Under the pieces are notes generated by a model, which did no database searches, had not been told where the DNA came from, and worked only from the letters and a program-made list of their open reading frames with translations. The position numbers and the translations under genes are program-made. A stretch of 64,000 nucleotides of DNA from Octopus sinensis (lineage: Eukaryota): assembly GCF_006345805.1 (NCBI RefSeq), contig NC_043005.1:4154001-4218000 (forward strand). The letters are read 5' to 3'. The stretch's first letter is position 1; every line of letters begins with the position of its first letter. This document shows positions 34,231-46,800 of the stretch, in pieces.

Positions 34231-34801
34231 TGAAATAAATTTACATATATTAGCCAGAAAAATCTGCGATGTACTGAGTGTGTGATAGATGAACCACGAT
34301 ATGGCGAGGGATTACTGTAATAACATTTTAACTAGAGTATTCCTCATTAGGGAGGAGATGTACAAGCGCTGATCATGGTAAATCTCCATAAAACAATGGG
34401 TGTCCTGACTTCTGGGGCAGGTGTCTTTTCTCAGTTTCTTATCTCTGATTTACTTACAGGCATATGCTAACAATAACTTTCAAATTAGAAAATAAGTGAA
34501 TCACAAATAAAGATTAAATTTAAGAAGTTTTAGATCTAAAAAATAAAAATTTTTTGGGAAAAAAAATGAGTTTGAAAAATAATAAAAATAAGAAAGGAAG
34601 AGAAAATGAAGGAAATTAAAGAAAATGAAAGTGAATTGCCACAAGCAACTAAATGAGTTAATTATATCCTGACAAAAATAAGTCTGACACTCAATGAGAT
34701 TGCAACTGCGTTTAGTACCTGTCTGTCTGTCTATTTAGCTATCTATCTACCTGTCTAAATAGTGTATGTATGTATATATGTTTGTATGTATGTATGTATG
34801 C

Positions 34802-34859
<58 letters not shown>

Positions 34860-36430
34860 TTATCTATCTTTCTATCTATATTTCTCTCTCTCTCTGTCTC
34901 TCTCTATTTCTTGCGACCTTTCAATTTAATATATTTTGTTTAGTTTGTCTTAGATTTAAGCCAGTCATTTCTAAAAGAAATTAATGTTTATTTTTCACAG
35001 TTCACTGCAGTTCTTTCTGGGGTAAAGAAAAAGAGAAAGAAAGAAAGCAATCAAGCTAGCAAGAAAGAAAGAAAGAAAGAAAGAAATAAAGAAAGAAAGA
35101 AAAGAAAGAAAACCTTTTGCTGATTTATTTATAAAGAAATAATACAAATCAGTTTTTTATTTACTCAGAAATAAGTTGATACTTTTCAGTGAATCACTTT
35201 GTACTAAGAGATATTTTGTAAGTTACAATTCAGTACAGTTTGTTAAAACCAGGTCCACATAGATTGGTACAGGTGAATGAGTTGTGGCTTATTTATTTAT
35301 TGTTATCAGAGAGTCTATGGGAGAAAAAAAGGGCAGAATCAATAAGCTTTTAAGGTTCACCTTAGACGGGTAGGAGTTGGTGGTGATGGTGATGTGATTT
35401 ACAGTTGATCTTCACCACCACCACCACCGTCGCCATCACCACTATCACAACCATTCACCACCACAATCCTCATTATCACCATTCATTTGACTAAAATTCT
35501 TGAAGGCAGTGCCCCAGCATGGCCACAGTCTAATGGTTGAAACAAGTAAAAGACCAGAGGAGTGAGGTGCTGTGACATGAAGAGAGAAGCTCCTCTCTAA
35601 TGAACCAGTCATAGCAGAACTTTAATCTGTAGATAATCCAAGGTATATGTGGCTTAATCTTTGGACAAAAGGACAGTCTGTTTTTCATTGTCCCTTTATG
35701 TCCCTTTGTCTATTTACTTAGCTATCTTAAGATAATGTGGGTACTTTTACACCAGTCAAGGGTAACTCATTTGACAAGTGGGCTACATGGCTCATTATTG
35801 GATGGGCCACACTACCAAAAAAAAAAGGGTCCAAGGTAACTTTTCGTTAGGCTTGCTGTTCAGAAAGTCCTGTGGGCTGCAGTTTGTACATGACTGTTTT
35901 ATGCATTCACTAAACATGCTAGAAAAAGCAGCCAAATCTCCTTATCTCAGTCAACAGTATTTTAAAAAAAAAATGGGTGACATACTATAATCGCTAATAT
36001 AAGTGATGGGCACAGTTGGAAAGCCTTTTGTCATATGTCTATTTGATCAAGGCTGACCTAGGGCTAAAGAACAACAATAGCAACATGCCTTGTGCAAAGA
36101 GTGAGATTTACATAGACGTTCAAAGTGCTAGAAACAGCAGTCAATTCCACCCCCTCACAATCACACCCAGGCGTCTTTAAAAAGGAAAGACATTGAATAA
36201 TGTAGTCTTCGATAAGAGGATCACAATTGGAACGCCTTTGATCATAGGTCTGTGGAGTTGTGGCTAAACCACAATAATCTACCTGTCTGTAACTATTCAC
36301 ATATCAGTGTCCGTCTATCTATCTCTGTCTGTCTATCTATCTATCTCTCTGTCTATCTATCTATCTATATCTCTCTGTTTGTCTATCTATCTATCTATCT
36401 ATCTATCTATCATCTATATCTCTCTGCCTG

Positions 36431-36467
<37 letters not shown>

Positions 36468-38299
36468 ATATCTATATATCTCTGTCTATCTATCTATCGG
36501 TCTGTCTGTCACTTTGTCCGTCTATGTATGTATGTATCTGTCTCTATGTCTGCATGCCTATCTGTCTGATAATCTGTTTACCTTTCTTGTCATCATCAGG
36601 CTGCCTTCATCTATCAACCGATCTGTATTTCTGCTTCCCTGCTTCCTTGTCTTCGTCTACCGGTCTATCTGCCTTTTTGCCTATTATACGTATCAACCCA
36701 TTCAGTAAATTAATACTGGGAACGGGAAAGCAATCACCGACGAGCGCATCGAAAAATAAATAAATATATAAAAAGGCGGGGAGGAAGGAAAAGATGTGGA
36801 AGGAGACAAAACAAAAATAATTAGACGTGAATGTAATGCCAAGGAGAGAAGTACAGCGTGCCAGTCGCATCATGCAACAGTAGGAGACAAGAGCTTCGTC
36901 GGTGAGTTGTATTGGCATGGTAACGCTGCACGGACGCTTTTCTAAAAATCAATGAACTGTGTGTGTGTGCATATATTTATGTGTGTGTGTGGATCTGTGT
37001 GTGTGTGTGTTCGCGTATTAGTGTGAGAATGGAAATATTTCGGTGTAAACGTGCCCGTAGGAAGATGCGAAAATGCATTCTTGAATATAAGTGACGTGTT
37101 TCGTGAATGTTAGTATTTACGTTTTTAAATGTGTGTGTGTGTGTGTGCGAGGGGTGAATGCGTGCGTCGTCTGTATTTGCTATAAGGAAATACTTAGGAA
37201 TTTATATGTAAAAGAAATCATTATTGCACATGATTACGTGCGTGCATATATGCCAACTTAAATATTATCTATCTTCAAATGTTTGCATGTATAAATGCGT
37301 GTGAACTGTCTTGTTTGTGTACGCGCAACAAGAGAAATACTCTGCATGCTTAGAAATATATTGACGCGTGGAATATATATATATATATATATATATACAC
37401 TCTATAATGTGTGTCGCCGTGTGTGCGTGTATAGGTGACACACATCGTTCGAGATAGAAGGAAAAAAAAAAATACATCATGTGATTAATAACTAAAATAT
37501 GTGTAATGTAACAAGTGCTGTTTCGGTATCAACGATCTACGTTTTAGAAAACGAAACCATGAGCCTACTACTTATCCCGCTAACCTTTCTTTTACTCTCT
37601 TTCTTTCTCTCTTTAACTGATCCTTCTTATATCGTATATTGTGTTTTATATTAAAGGTTTTAATCCAAATCAAAGCGATAAAGTTTAACGTGGGTCTCTC
37701 AATTAAGACCGTTGCGGTTTTAGACGACGGGAGACAACCGACTAATGCAACGCACTTGTCACTTTCACATTTTTAGCGCTCAATCGCATCTAATTTTTTA
37801 AACGAAGAATTTAATTTAAATTAATTAAAAAATATTCAATACCTGTATAATTTCTAATAAAATAAAATATTTATTTAAAACAATACACAAGTAGATTATT
37901 TCTCAATTTATTTCAAATTTATTTTAGGGTCGAATAAAAACATGCGATATAGATGTGTTGTTTTTATGAATGACTAAGTAAATTTATAAATGATCTATGA
38001 ATTTATAAAGTGCAACTACGTATCTGTTATCGCGTAAATTTCATTTATCTGAATTTCTTCATGACATCATTATTATTAATCGCTGTTGCTTGGTCAAAGG
38101 CCAATTAAATAGCCATTGCTATGTGGCTATTCTACTATTTGGATACCGCCCAGAATTGTTTTTTTTTAGATTTTATTTTATATTAGAAATTCAACAGATA
38201 AGAATTTTAGCTGTGCAAGCAAAAATTCAATGACAACCCTTAATTATTTTTTTTTAAAAAGCAACAAATATATTTCTAATCGCTACATCAAATTCTTGT

Positions 38300-38460
38300 A
38301 CTTTTTTTTTTTTATTAGCAGCCAATCAACGAATATCATTTATAAAGTTTAGGTCGAGGAAAGGGTAAGTCGTCTACTTGGAATAGCCAAAGGCAGCCAT
38401 CTTTCTGTTTTCCGGTAGAGTAATAACAATCATAAAACTATCTTTATTTTTCAAGGTTCA
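38300..38460 (+). promoter_or_regulatory. Candidate promoter or 5'UTR splice region upstream of exon A
   Basis: CCAAT at 38322 and TATAAAG at 38341. Also a strong donor AAGG|GTAAGT (38364/5) and acceptor tctttatttttcaag|G (38455/6). Unique, CpG-retaining sequence. The TATA and mini-intron readings partly conflict. Confidence 0.35.
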
Positions 38461-38701
38461 TTAAGCTGCTGAGGATGCTGGAAAGAAAAATATTGACACA
38501 CAGAAGAATAGAAAAACCATGGATGAATATTTCGTTAGAATTATTGTTTGCTGGCAAAATTTTTCATTGATAAGTCGTAGCCTGGGTGTTAGCCGGCTGG
38601 TGCGCTCCTCGACTCCAGTCGCTTGACAGATGACACAGGCTGGGACATTCGCTCGGATTTACTCATAAAACACCTGTACAGTCTAAACGGATGCGTGTAT
38701 C

Positions 38702-38801
38702 ATGGATCTAGGAATAGACTTTCAGGATTATAGGGACCTACAGCTTCCCTTATGTATTTTACAACTGGACCCTGCAGACAGAGCAGTTTTGAGAATTGCA
38801 G
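38702..38801 (+). CDS. shot: Spectraplakin (shot/dystonin/MACF1 family), alternative first coding exon A: MDLGIDFQDYRDLQLPLCILQLDPADRAVLRIA
   Basis: ATG in strong context (tatcATGg) with an in-frame TAA upstream at 38684. 33 codons plus 1 nt, then donor GCAG|GTAAGT. LDPADRAVLRIA matches the LDPAERAVLRIA motif preceding CH1 in dystonin/MACF1. The phase-1 join to 40789 gives ...RIA-D-ERD. Confidence 0.9.
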
Positions 38802-40503
38802 GTAAGTGTGACAGATTCTTTATATAAAACTGTTGAATTCCATACATTTTCACCACTTGTAGCATCTATATAGCTATGCCTTATTTTAGACCCCATTTTC
38901 TTGTATTTAACACTGTAAATGTGAAGCAGCTAACGTCGTAATTCTACCGTGTTAATAATATATTCCGAAATATTTCTCTGACTATTTAATTCCAACTCAA
39001 TAATTACTGTTAACTGTTGCAATATTAAGAGGGCATAACTACACATTAGTGCTCCATCGATTTTGTTTCCGCATAACTTTCTGATAATTGCATAATTTTA
39101 AAAGAAATCTTGCAGAAATACATTTTCAAGGGTGTAGATTACCGTTATGTTGATAATATTAAGAAAATACAAATATTTGTTGAAGTAGTTTCGAATCATT
39201 CTCACCCTCTCCGAAATTCGTTTCCACGTAACTCTTGTCTTAAAATGCGTATCATCAAATGACATTTTGCAGAAATATGATTTGGAAAGTGTAGATTGCA
39301 TAATGTTGATGTTTCAAACGTAGAAATCTAATGAAAAAAGGTGTAAAATGCTAAAGTTACCGAAATAAATGGAATACTAATCTAGAATTAATGCTTATTA
39401 GCATTTCCGTTGTTAAACTGAAAGTACAAGCTACATTCTCCTTGAAACAAAACCTTCGAATTTTCTTATAAATAATCTTTATTATTAAATTCTTTAAAAC
39501 AGTCAAATAGATTTTTTAAAAAAGAAATATATTCATCTTTTAATTTTCGTGAATAATTTTTGCGTTGCAGTTTATTTAGTAAGGCACATATTTCACGTCG
39601 CAATTTATTGCATCTTCCTTCAATATCAAACAGTTGGAGGTTACAATCAGTATACAAGGATATATATATACAAATACGTTTGTTATATCAAAGCTGAAAT
39701 CTAAGTCCTTCCACGCCCCCTTATCTCTCTCTATCTCTCTATATTCAATTAAAACCCCAACCACTATGATAAAATAACTCCTGACACAAATATAAATACA
39801 AAGAATAATTGATATTACTTGTCGTGTAACATCTTGTGTTCAGTGATTATTTCTTGGATTCTGTTTCTAAGTCACGCCATCGTCTGTCTGTGCATCATCA
39901 TTGATAGGAAGGAAGCTGCGAGAAGCCCATTCATAAGCTGCTTGTTTAATAATACCCGTAGCCTAACCTGTTTTATCTATTCGGTCCGACCCAGCCTTCC
40001 CCCAAAGCATACGCCAGTAGTGAGAGCAACAGCAACATCTATTTTCGTCCTTCCTCGCTTCTAAGACATCATATTCACTCCTGCCAAATATATATATCTC
40101 AAACATCGACGTTGTTTTCTCGTTTTTCTCATTTTCAAGAGGGATTTTCTTTACCTCGACAAGTTTCTACGAACTCACACCTTCGATCTCTATTCTGTTA
40201 TAGCCACCTTCCCGAAAAAACCTACATTCTGCGCCATGGTTTAGGCCCCTAATATGCAATGTATCCATTGAATCCAAATTTAATAACCAAGCGAGTAGAG
40301 GTTGGGTAGTAACTTTTGGTATCTAAACCTTTTGATCTAGTCAATCTGCACCCGTTTGCATCTGGTAATGGAAATGGATGTTTTCGGTGTATGTGGCCAT
40401 CAGTAGGGTGTGCCCAGCGTAGCCGAAGGTCCAAATATTTCTGTCGTAGGATTGTACCTTTTACTCGGATTTACCTTCCTAAGCAGCCTGTTTTGTTGCC
40501 AAA

Positions 40504-40582
40504 ATGGATACGCCTGGTTATATGGACCCTGAAATGCCTGATGTGATGGTTCAGTATGAAGAAAATCGGAAAAAAGACACAG
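40504..40582 (+). CDS. shot: Spectraplakin, putative alternative first coding exon B: MDTPGYMDPEMPDVMVQYEENRKKDT
   Basis: ccaaaATGg with an in-frame TAA upstream at 40480. 26 codons plus 1 nt, then donor ACAG|GTAACT. The phase-1 join across a 206-nt intron to 40789 gives ...KKDT-D-ERD. No homology support beyond the frame fit. Confidence 0.7.
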
Positions 40583-40788
40583 GTAACTACAATAGTTGAC
40601 GATATCGAAGTAGAGTAAAAGTAGTGTTTTAGGTTCTAGCCACACTCTTGTTGCACACACACACACACACACACACACACTAACAGTCACACCTGCATAC
40701 CTGCCATTCTTCCCTGAAGAAAGTCCTTCAGGTAATCTAATAACTAAAAAAAAAAACTCTACTAATTGTCTTCTTGTTTCTATTTCAG

Positions 40789-40850
40789 ACGAGAGAGATG
40801 CGGTACAGAAAAAGACTTTCACCAAATGGGTGAATAAACATTTACTTAAG
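40789..40850 (+). CDS. shot: Spectraplakin shared exon, start of calponin-homology domain 1: (D)ERDAVQKKTFTKWVNKHLLK
   Basis: Pyrimidine-rich acceptor ttcttgtttctatttcag|AC and donor AAG|GTATGT. The peptide is nearly identical to the plectin/dystonin/MACF1/Shot CH1 start DERDxVQKKTFTKWVNKHL. Confidence 0.96.
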
Positions 40851-43800
40851 GTATGTATATATATATATAAAATAATAATAAAGTGTCGTGTCTATTCACT
40901 GTTCTTAGAGCTAAGACGGGTTGCTCTGCTATTCCGAACTATCATTATTTTCTAGGTACTGTTAATTAATTACTAGCTTACTATAATAATTATACTACCA
41001 CCAAACCACCTTCATGCAAAAACCTCATTTCTTTGACGATTCGAAAGCTTATTCAAATCCCGCTCAGGTTAAATTTGCCTTTCGTCTCTCCCGGGTCGAC
41101 GGAATAAAGTATCAATCAAGTACTGCGATCTGTGATATCGATTAGCTCCCTCCATTCCAAATTACCGGCCTTGTGTCTAAATCAGAAACAATTATATTAT
41201 CTGCATAGTGATAAATATCGATGCCGTCTATGAATTTATACCTCGTAAATTTGACACTTATACACGTGTGCGTGTATCGACGTCCTCGCATTTCTCTCCA
41301 TGTCGCTTTCTCCATTCTAAAAGACACGTACCAACTCATTGATAAGATATTTCACAGACACACGTGTTCTAACACCAATTGGTTTTCCAGTTTCTGCTTC
41401 ATTGTGGAGGGTGGGGGCACCGATATATCATTCATAAAATTGAGTGAACATAGTTGGGAGTAAAGCTCAAATACCTGCTATTAAGATTCGAAACCATTTC
41501 AGAGACACGTCTTCTGAAGTGTCTCGTTACCTTTACAAGTGTTTGTAATATATGTAACCCCATCTCTGCCTCCCTTTATCTCTACTCGCTTGCGCACTTA
41601 TTCTGCATAATATATATCGTATATATACATATATGTATATAAGATTGATTTTACTTACGAATGATACACAATATATGTTATGAAATATGCATTATAAAAT
41701 ACATGTACTGCATGCACATACACAACGCGATTATCAAGTCTTACCCAAATTCGCCGACAAGCTTATGGCTTCGATCCGAGAATATGATAAAAAAAAAAAA
41801 AAAAGATTGGGGAGGGTGCTGCGCAGCGAGTTCGAACCCCTGAAAGTGTTTCATGTAAAGTAAAATAATTTGTGCGAAGCTGATGACTCACTCCACCGCT
41901 ATTTAAGTTTTTGTTTGTTTTGCTTTTCTTCTCGATGCAACACATGAATGCATACGTGTGTGTGGTTGAATCTAGCCATACAAATATATCGACACGAGCG
42001 CAGCACCGATATAGGTTAACGATTTACATACAAGCCCAGCTGATTGATTACATTTTAGACTGGAATCCATTTTCGATTTCGTGCTCATCATTAACCGATC
42101 ATGCTGCATAAGGTCTCGGTCTCCCCCCCTCTCCTTATATACATAGCAAGGGGGGAGAGAGGAAAGCACGTATGTATGTGTGTGTGTGTGCATATATATA
42201 TACACACACACAGGTGCTGTCTCTTGCTTGCCAGTGTCTGTCTTACGCTGTTTCTCTCTCTTCAAAACGAGAAATTTAATAAGCCAGATTTGTTCAACAA
42301 AATGTCTTGGGATTACCTTGAATTATGTGTACGTGTATGGATGTACGTATATTGTCTGTGTGTACGCACATATTGTGTGTGTGTGTGTATGCATACATAT
42401 AAATGGACTATAATACAAATATGTGCGATGATGATGTATGTTGAGATCGATCCCTCACATTCGCTATTGCCGAGTGACGTTTTTCTCTGATCAAAAATTC
42501 TGATCTTATCCTTCCCTACACTTCATTGATTTCATTTCAGCTTCATATTTATTTATTTATCACCTGTCTAAATTAGGTTTTCACCTGCTCAACGGGGGCC
42601 ACTCAACCTGTTAAAACAGCAGCTACATCTCCGCCTTGAAAAGAAAAAACAAAAAGGACCTTGAATAAAGCAGTAGTCTTGATGGTCACAACATTATTAT
42701 TGATCGTAGATCTGATGTATAAAGCTAAAATGGGGTTATTACTACAATACCACCTTAGGTTTATCTTTTCTTGGATAAAACAGAGTTAATCCAATTCATC
42801 GGATTATTTAATATAGATTTTCTGTTAGACACTTGTTACCTTAGTTTGTCTTAGTTGGTATTAGGCATAACTACAGATTAGAGCCCCAGCGACTTTGTTT
42901 CCGTCTAGCTTTCAGGAAAAATGCATGTTTTTAAAAAAATTTTCAGTGACACATTTTTGAGTGTGTAAAAAATTTGCTGATATCTTTAAAGAAGATATAC
43001 TTTTTTCTCTTTTAAGGAATTTCGGATCTTTCTCGTCTCCTTCCAATTGTCTTTCCTCGTAATTCTCTTTAAAATGCATATCTTTAAATGACATTTTATA
43101 TACGTGTCGATTATGTAACAATGATTTGAAAAAAAGTGAAAAACGCTGAAATTTGTAATTTCGGGCCGGGTGGAAAATAGCCTGAAAATATTCCTTCCAA
43201 ATTTTTGTTTTATTAAATTTTATTAACATTGCAATCTACATTCTCGAAACCGTAGCTGTAAAGCTTCACGAAAAAAAAAAATGCTCTTTACAGAAAGTTA
43301 CGGACAAATAAAGTCGGTGGGGCCCTAATCTGTAGTTGCGCCTCACAAATTTTCCAGTATGTGTTATATATTCTACACGTCTATCACTTGACAGAGATGA
43401 TGTGTTGCATGGGTGTGACGCAGAAATATTTTTTTCTGTTCCTCTTTAACACAGAACGAACGATAGACAGAAATCATATGAGAGGCTGACACAACTGCAG
43501 TTTGATGCCCCGGAACTTGTTTCCTCATAACTGTCTGGAAAACGCCTAGTTTTTAATGAAATTTTGCAGGGATATATTTTAGAAAAGAAAGAGAACATTT
43601 TGCAAGTGGATGACTTTTGGGTTATTCTTCACCATTCGGATTTTTTTACCTTCAGTTTCCGTAATTTTAGCATTTCTCATTTTTTTTTCCTGATTTATAT
43701 GACTGAAACATCTTTACATAATATCGACTCTTGAAAATGAATTTCGGTCAAATGTCATTTTAAAAGATACGTTTTAGAGTTATAATGAAACTAATTTGGG

Positions 43801-46800
43801 AGGGGTTAGAATGATACGGAATTCTCTCCCTCCCCATTTTAAAAATATTATCAGCATAATCGTTATCTATGCCATCGAAAATGTGTGTCTGCAAAAATTT
43901 CATTTAAAAATGTTTAATATTGATTTAATTTTTTTTAGAAAGCTATGCAAGAACCTAGGCAGAAGCGGGGCATCAAACTGTAGTTATACTGAAGAGGCTC
44001 TTGTTGGCATGTGGGGGAATGTAATTGTGATAGAATAAATGAAATGAATATGTGTGTGTATAGAGGCATGGCTATGTGGTTAAAGTTTCGTTTGCTGACC
44101 ACATAGTTTTGGGTTCAAACCCACTGCATGGCTCTTTACGCATGTCTTTTTCTATAGCCTCAGGTTGGTCAGGGTCTTATGAGTGCATTTGCTAAGTAGA
44201 AACTGAAAGAAGCCTGCTACATATATATGTATGTATATACCTGTGTGTGTGTGGGGTGTGTGCAGATATGTGTGTCTGTTTGCCTCTCTTTGTATTGGCA
44301 TCAAGCAATCGTTATCAATAACGTCATACAAGTGATGTCATATATTTGCAATCTTCTACAAAAACGTACTTGGCCATTATGCTGTTCTTGTTCAAAGAAC
44401 AAATGAAGGTTGGTGACAAGCAGGGCATCCAGTCATAGAAAATCTTAACAAATTCCACCTGATCCATACACAAACAAAGCTGACTGAATGAAATGTACTT
44501 AGTCATCCTTGTGTTTCAGCCATCAATGTATTCCAGTTAACATTCAACTGTTTTTAGGGTGGCAAATATTATGGCACGAATTTCTATCATTCCTACCTTA
44601 TTCTTTATCTTGCTCATGTTCTGTTATTAATAATTTGGACAATAAATTGACATTGACACTTATTTATTGTCGTGTGTTTTTTTTCATTTTAATCTAAATA
44701 TTCCATTTTGTATGGGTTAAACAGTTGACATCTCACACGCAATGTTAGACCTCAAAACAGTTTTATTTAAAAAAAAAAAAAACAAGAAAAAAATGCTTAT
44801 AAACTTGTGATACCAAACAGTTGTTTGGTGGAGTCTTTCAGATGATTCATCATCATCATCATTTAACGTCCACTTTCCATGCTAGCATGGGTTTGACAGT
44901 TTGACTGAGGGCTGGCGAACCAGATGGCTGCACCACCCTCCAGTCTTGATCTGGCAGAGTTTCTACAGCTGGATGCCCTTCCTAATGCCAACCACTCCGA
45001 GAGTGTTTAACTAATGAATATTGGTTTCAAATTTTGGTACAAGGCCAGCAATTTTGGGGGCGGGGTAAGATGATTACATTGACCTGCCCCCCTCCCACCT
45101 CTTGCAATGCTCAACTGCTATTTGAATTTTATTGGCCCTGAAAGTATGAAAGGTAAAGTTGACCTCAGTGGAATTTGACCTCAGAATGTAAAGATGGATG
45201 AAATGCTGCCAGGCATTTTGCTTGGCTTGCCAACAGTTCTGCCAGCTTGCTATATTGATTAACCAATCAATGGTAACGCCAACATTATGATGCAAGAGCT
45301 TCCAGAATCCTTGTATTTGGTTGACATGATACTGTGAACAATAACGATGATAATCATCATCGTTATCACTTTGACTTTCAATATTCGATTGGTGAGACGG
45401 AGTTCGTTAAAGCAGATTTTCTATAGCTGGATGCCTTCTCTGTTGCCAACCCTCCCTTGTTTCCAAGCAAGGTAATACTTTGCCATGGACAGATTTATTT
45501 TTCACAAAAGACTGGAAACGAACAACCTCACTTGTATGATGGAGACGCTCATTTACATCTACACGTGGGTCCAGTCCCCCATATATCATCATCATTTAAC
45601 ATCTGTTCTCCATGTGGGCATGGGTCGGATGGTTTGACAAGAGCTGGAGAGCTGTGCCAAACACTGTTGTCTCTTTTGGCATGGATTCCATTCCTGGGTG
45701 CCCTTCTTAACACCAACCACTTTACAGAGTGGGTGCTTTTTTTGTGGCACTAGTGGGGATCACTAAGTAACTTGTATAACTCACCCTTGACTGGGTGAGT
45801 AGTATTGAAGAGGATGGCTTTGTGCCAGTTGATGAGAGGTTAAAAGAATAAGAGAGAGAGAGATAGGTATCTTGCTGTAGAAGAGAATATCCCAGTTAAA
45901 GAAGGGAGAGAAAGAGATTCAAAGAGAAAGATAGTGTAGGAGAGAAGGTGGTGACTATACATCAGAACAAGGTACATTGGTGGGGGTGAATATAGGTGAA
46001 TGATACAAAGGACTGGACTGGGTGAGGGGTCAGGGGAAAATATATATATATATGATAATGATGCACACATAATGAGCTTCTTTCAGTTTCTGTCTACCAA
46101 ATCCACTCACAAAGCTTTGGTTTGTCCAGGGCAGGAGTAAAAGACACTTGACTAAGGAATCCCCCATTTATACATATATGATTTGTTTATATGTGTATGT
46201 ATATCTGTGCCTTCTTGACATCGTGTGATAGTTGTCACTGACATAAAAGCTGTTGTGCAGTTTGTCCAGCCCCAGGTTAACCATTGCTGGTCACAGGTAT
46301 TCTGATCATGTTTCTATTCAAAGTTAGGACTGTATCAACCAATGTCCCCTTTGCATTTTTTAGGTATGTAATTTGAGAGAGATGTGGCTGCTATTTTTAG
46401 CAGATTGTGTGACTACAATAGTTCCTTTAGATCACAGGTAATGGTGAAGGTCTTCATTCTGAGAGAAGTCAGTTTTCTCTGAGAATTAGGTCCTTCATTG
46501 CACTCCAGCTGTGTTTGATGTTTTTGAAATCACTTGAAGCATAGGGTATATATTGGGTGCATTATTTCTAACTTACTGAAATCTAGAGTAGTCATAATTA
46601 CAGAGACAAAGGGAAAATAATTTATTAACGAATATTTACATTTCTGCTTCCAAAACTGTGTTTTGAATTTGTGTGTGTTTGTAATTCTGAAATGAGTGAA
46701 GGTTTTGTAATAATATCACAAGTTTTGTATCCTGCTTGTCCCTTGTTTCCAATGTTGATGTCAAGTCATGAGTGCTAACTTGTTTATTGGAGAAAGGAGT

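Noticed and set aside
42655-42720. Peptide DLE*SSSLDGHNIIID resembling the next spectraplakin exon (DLRDGHNLISLL)
   Set aside because: It has in-frame stops on both sides and no acceptor or donor, and it lies in a repeat also seen near 19800 and 36170-36250.
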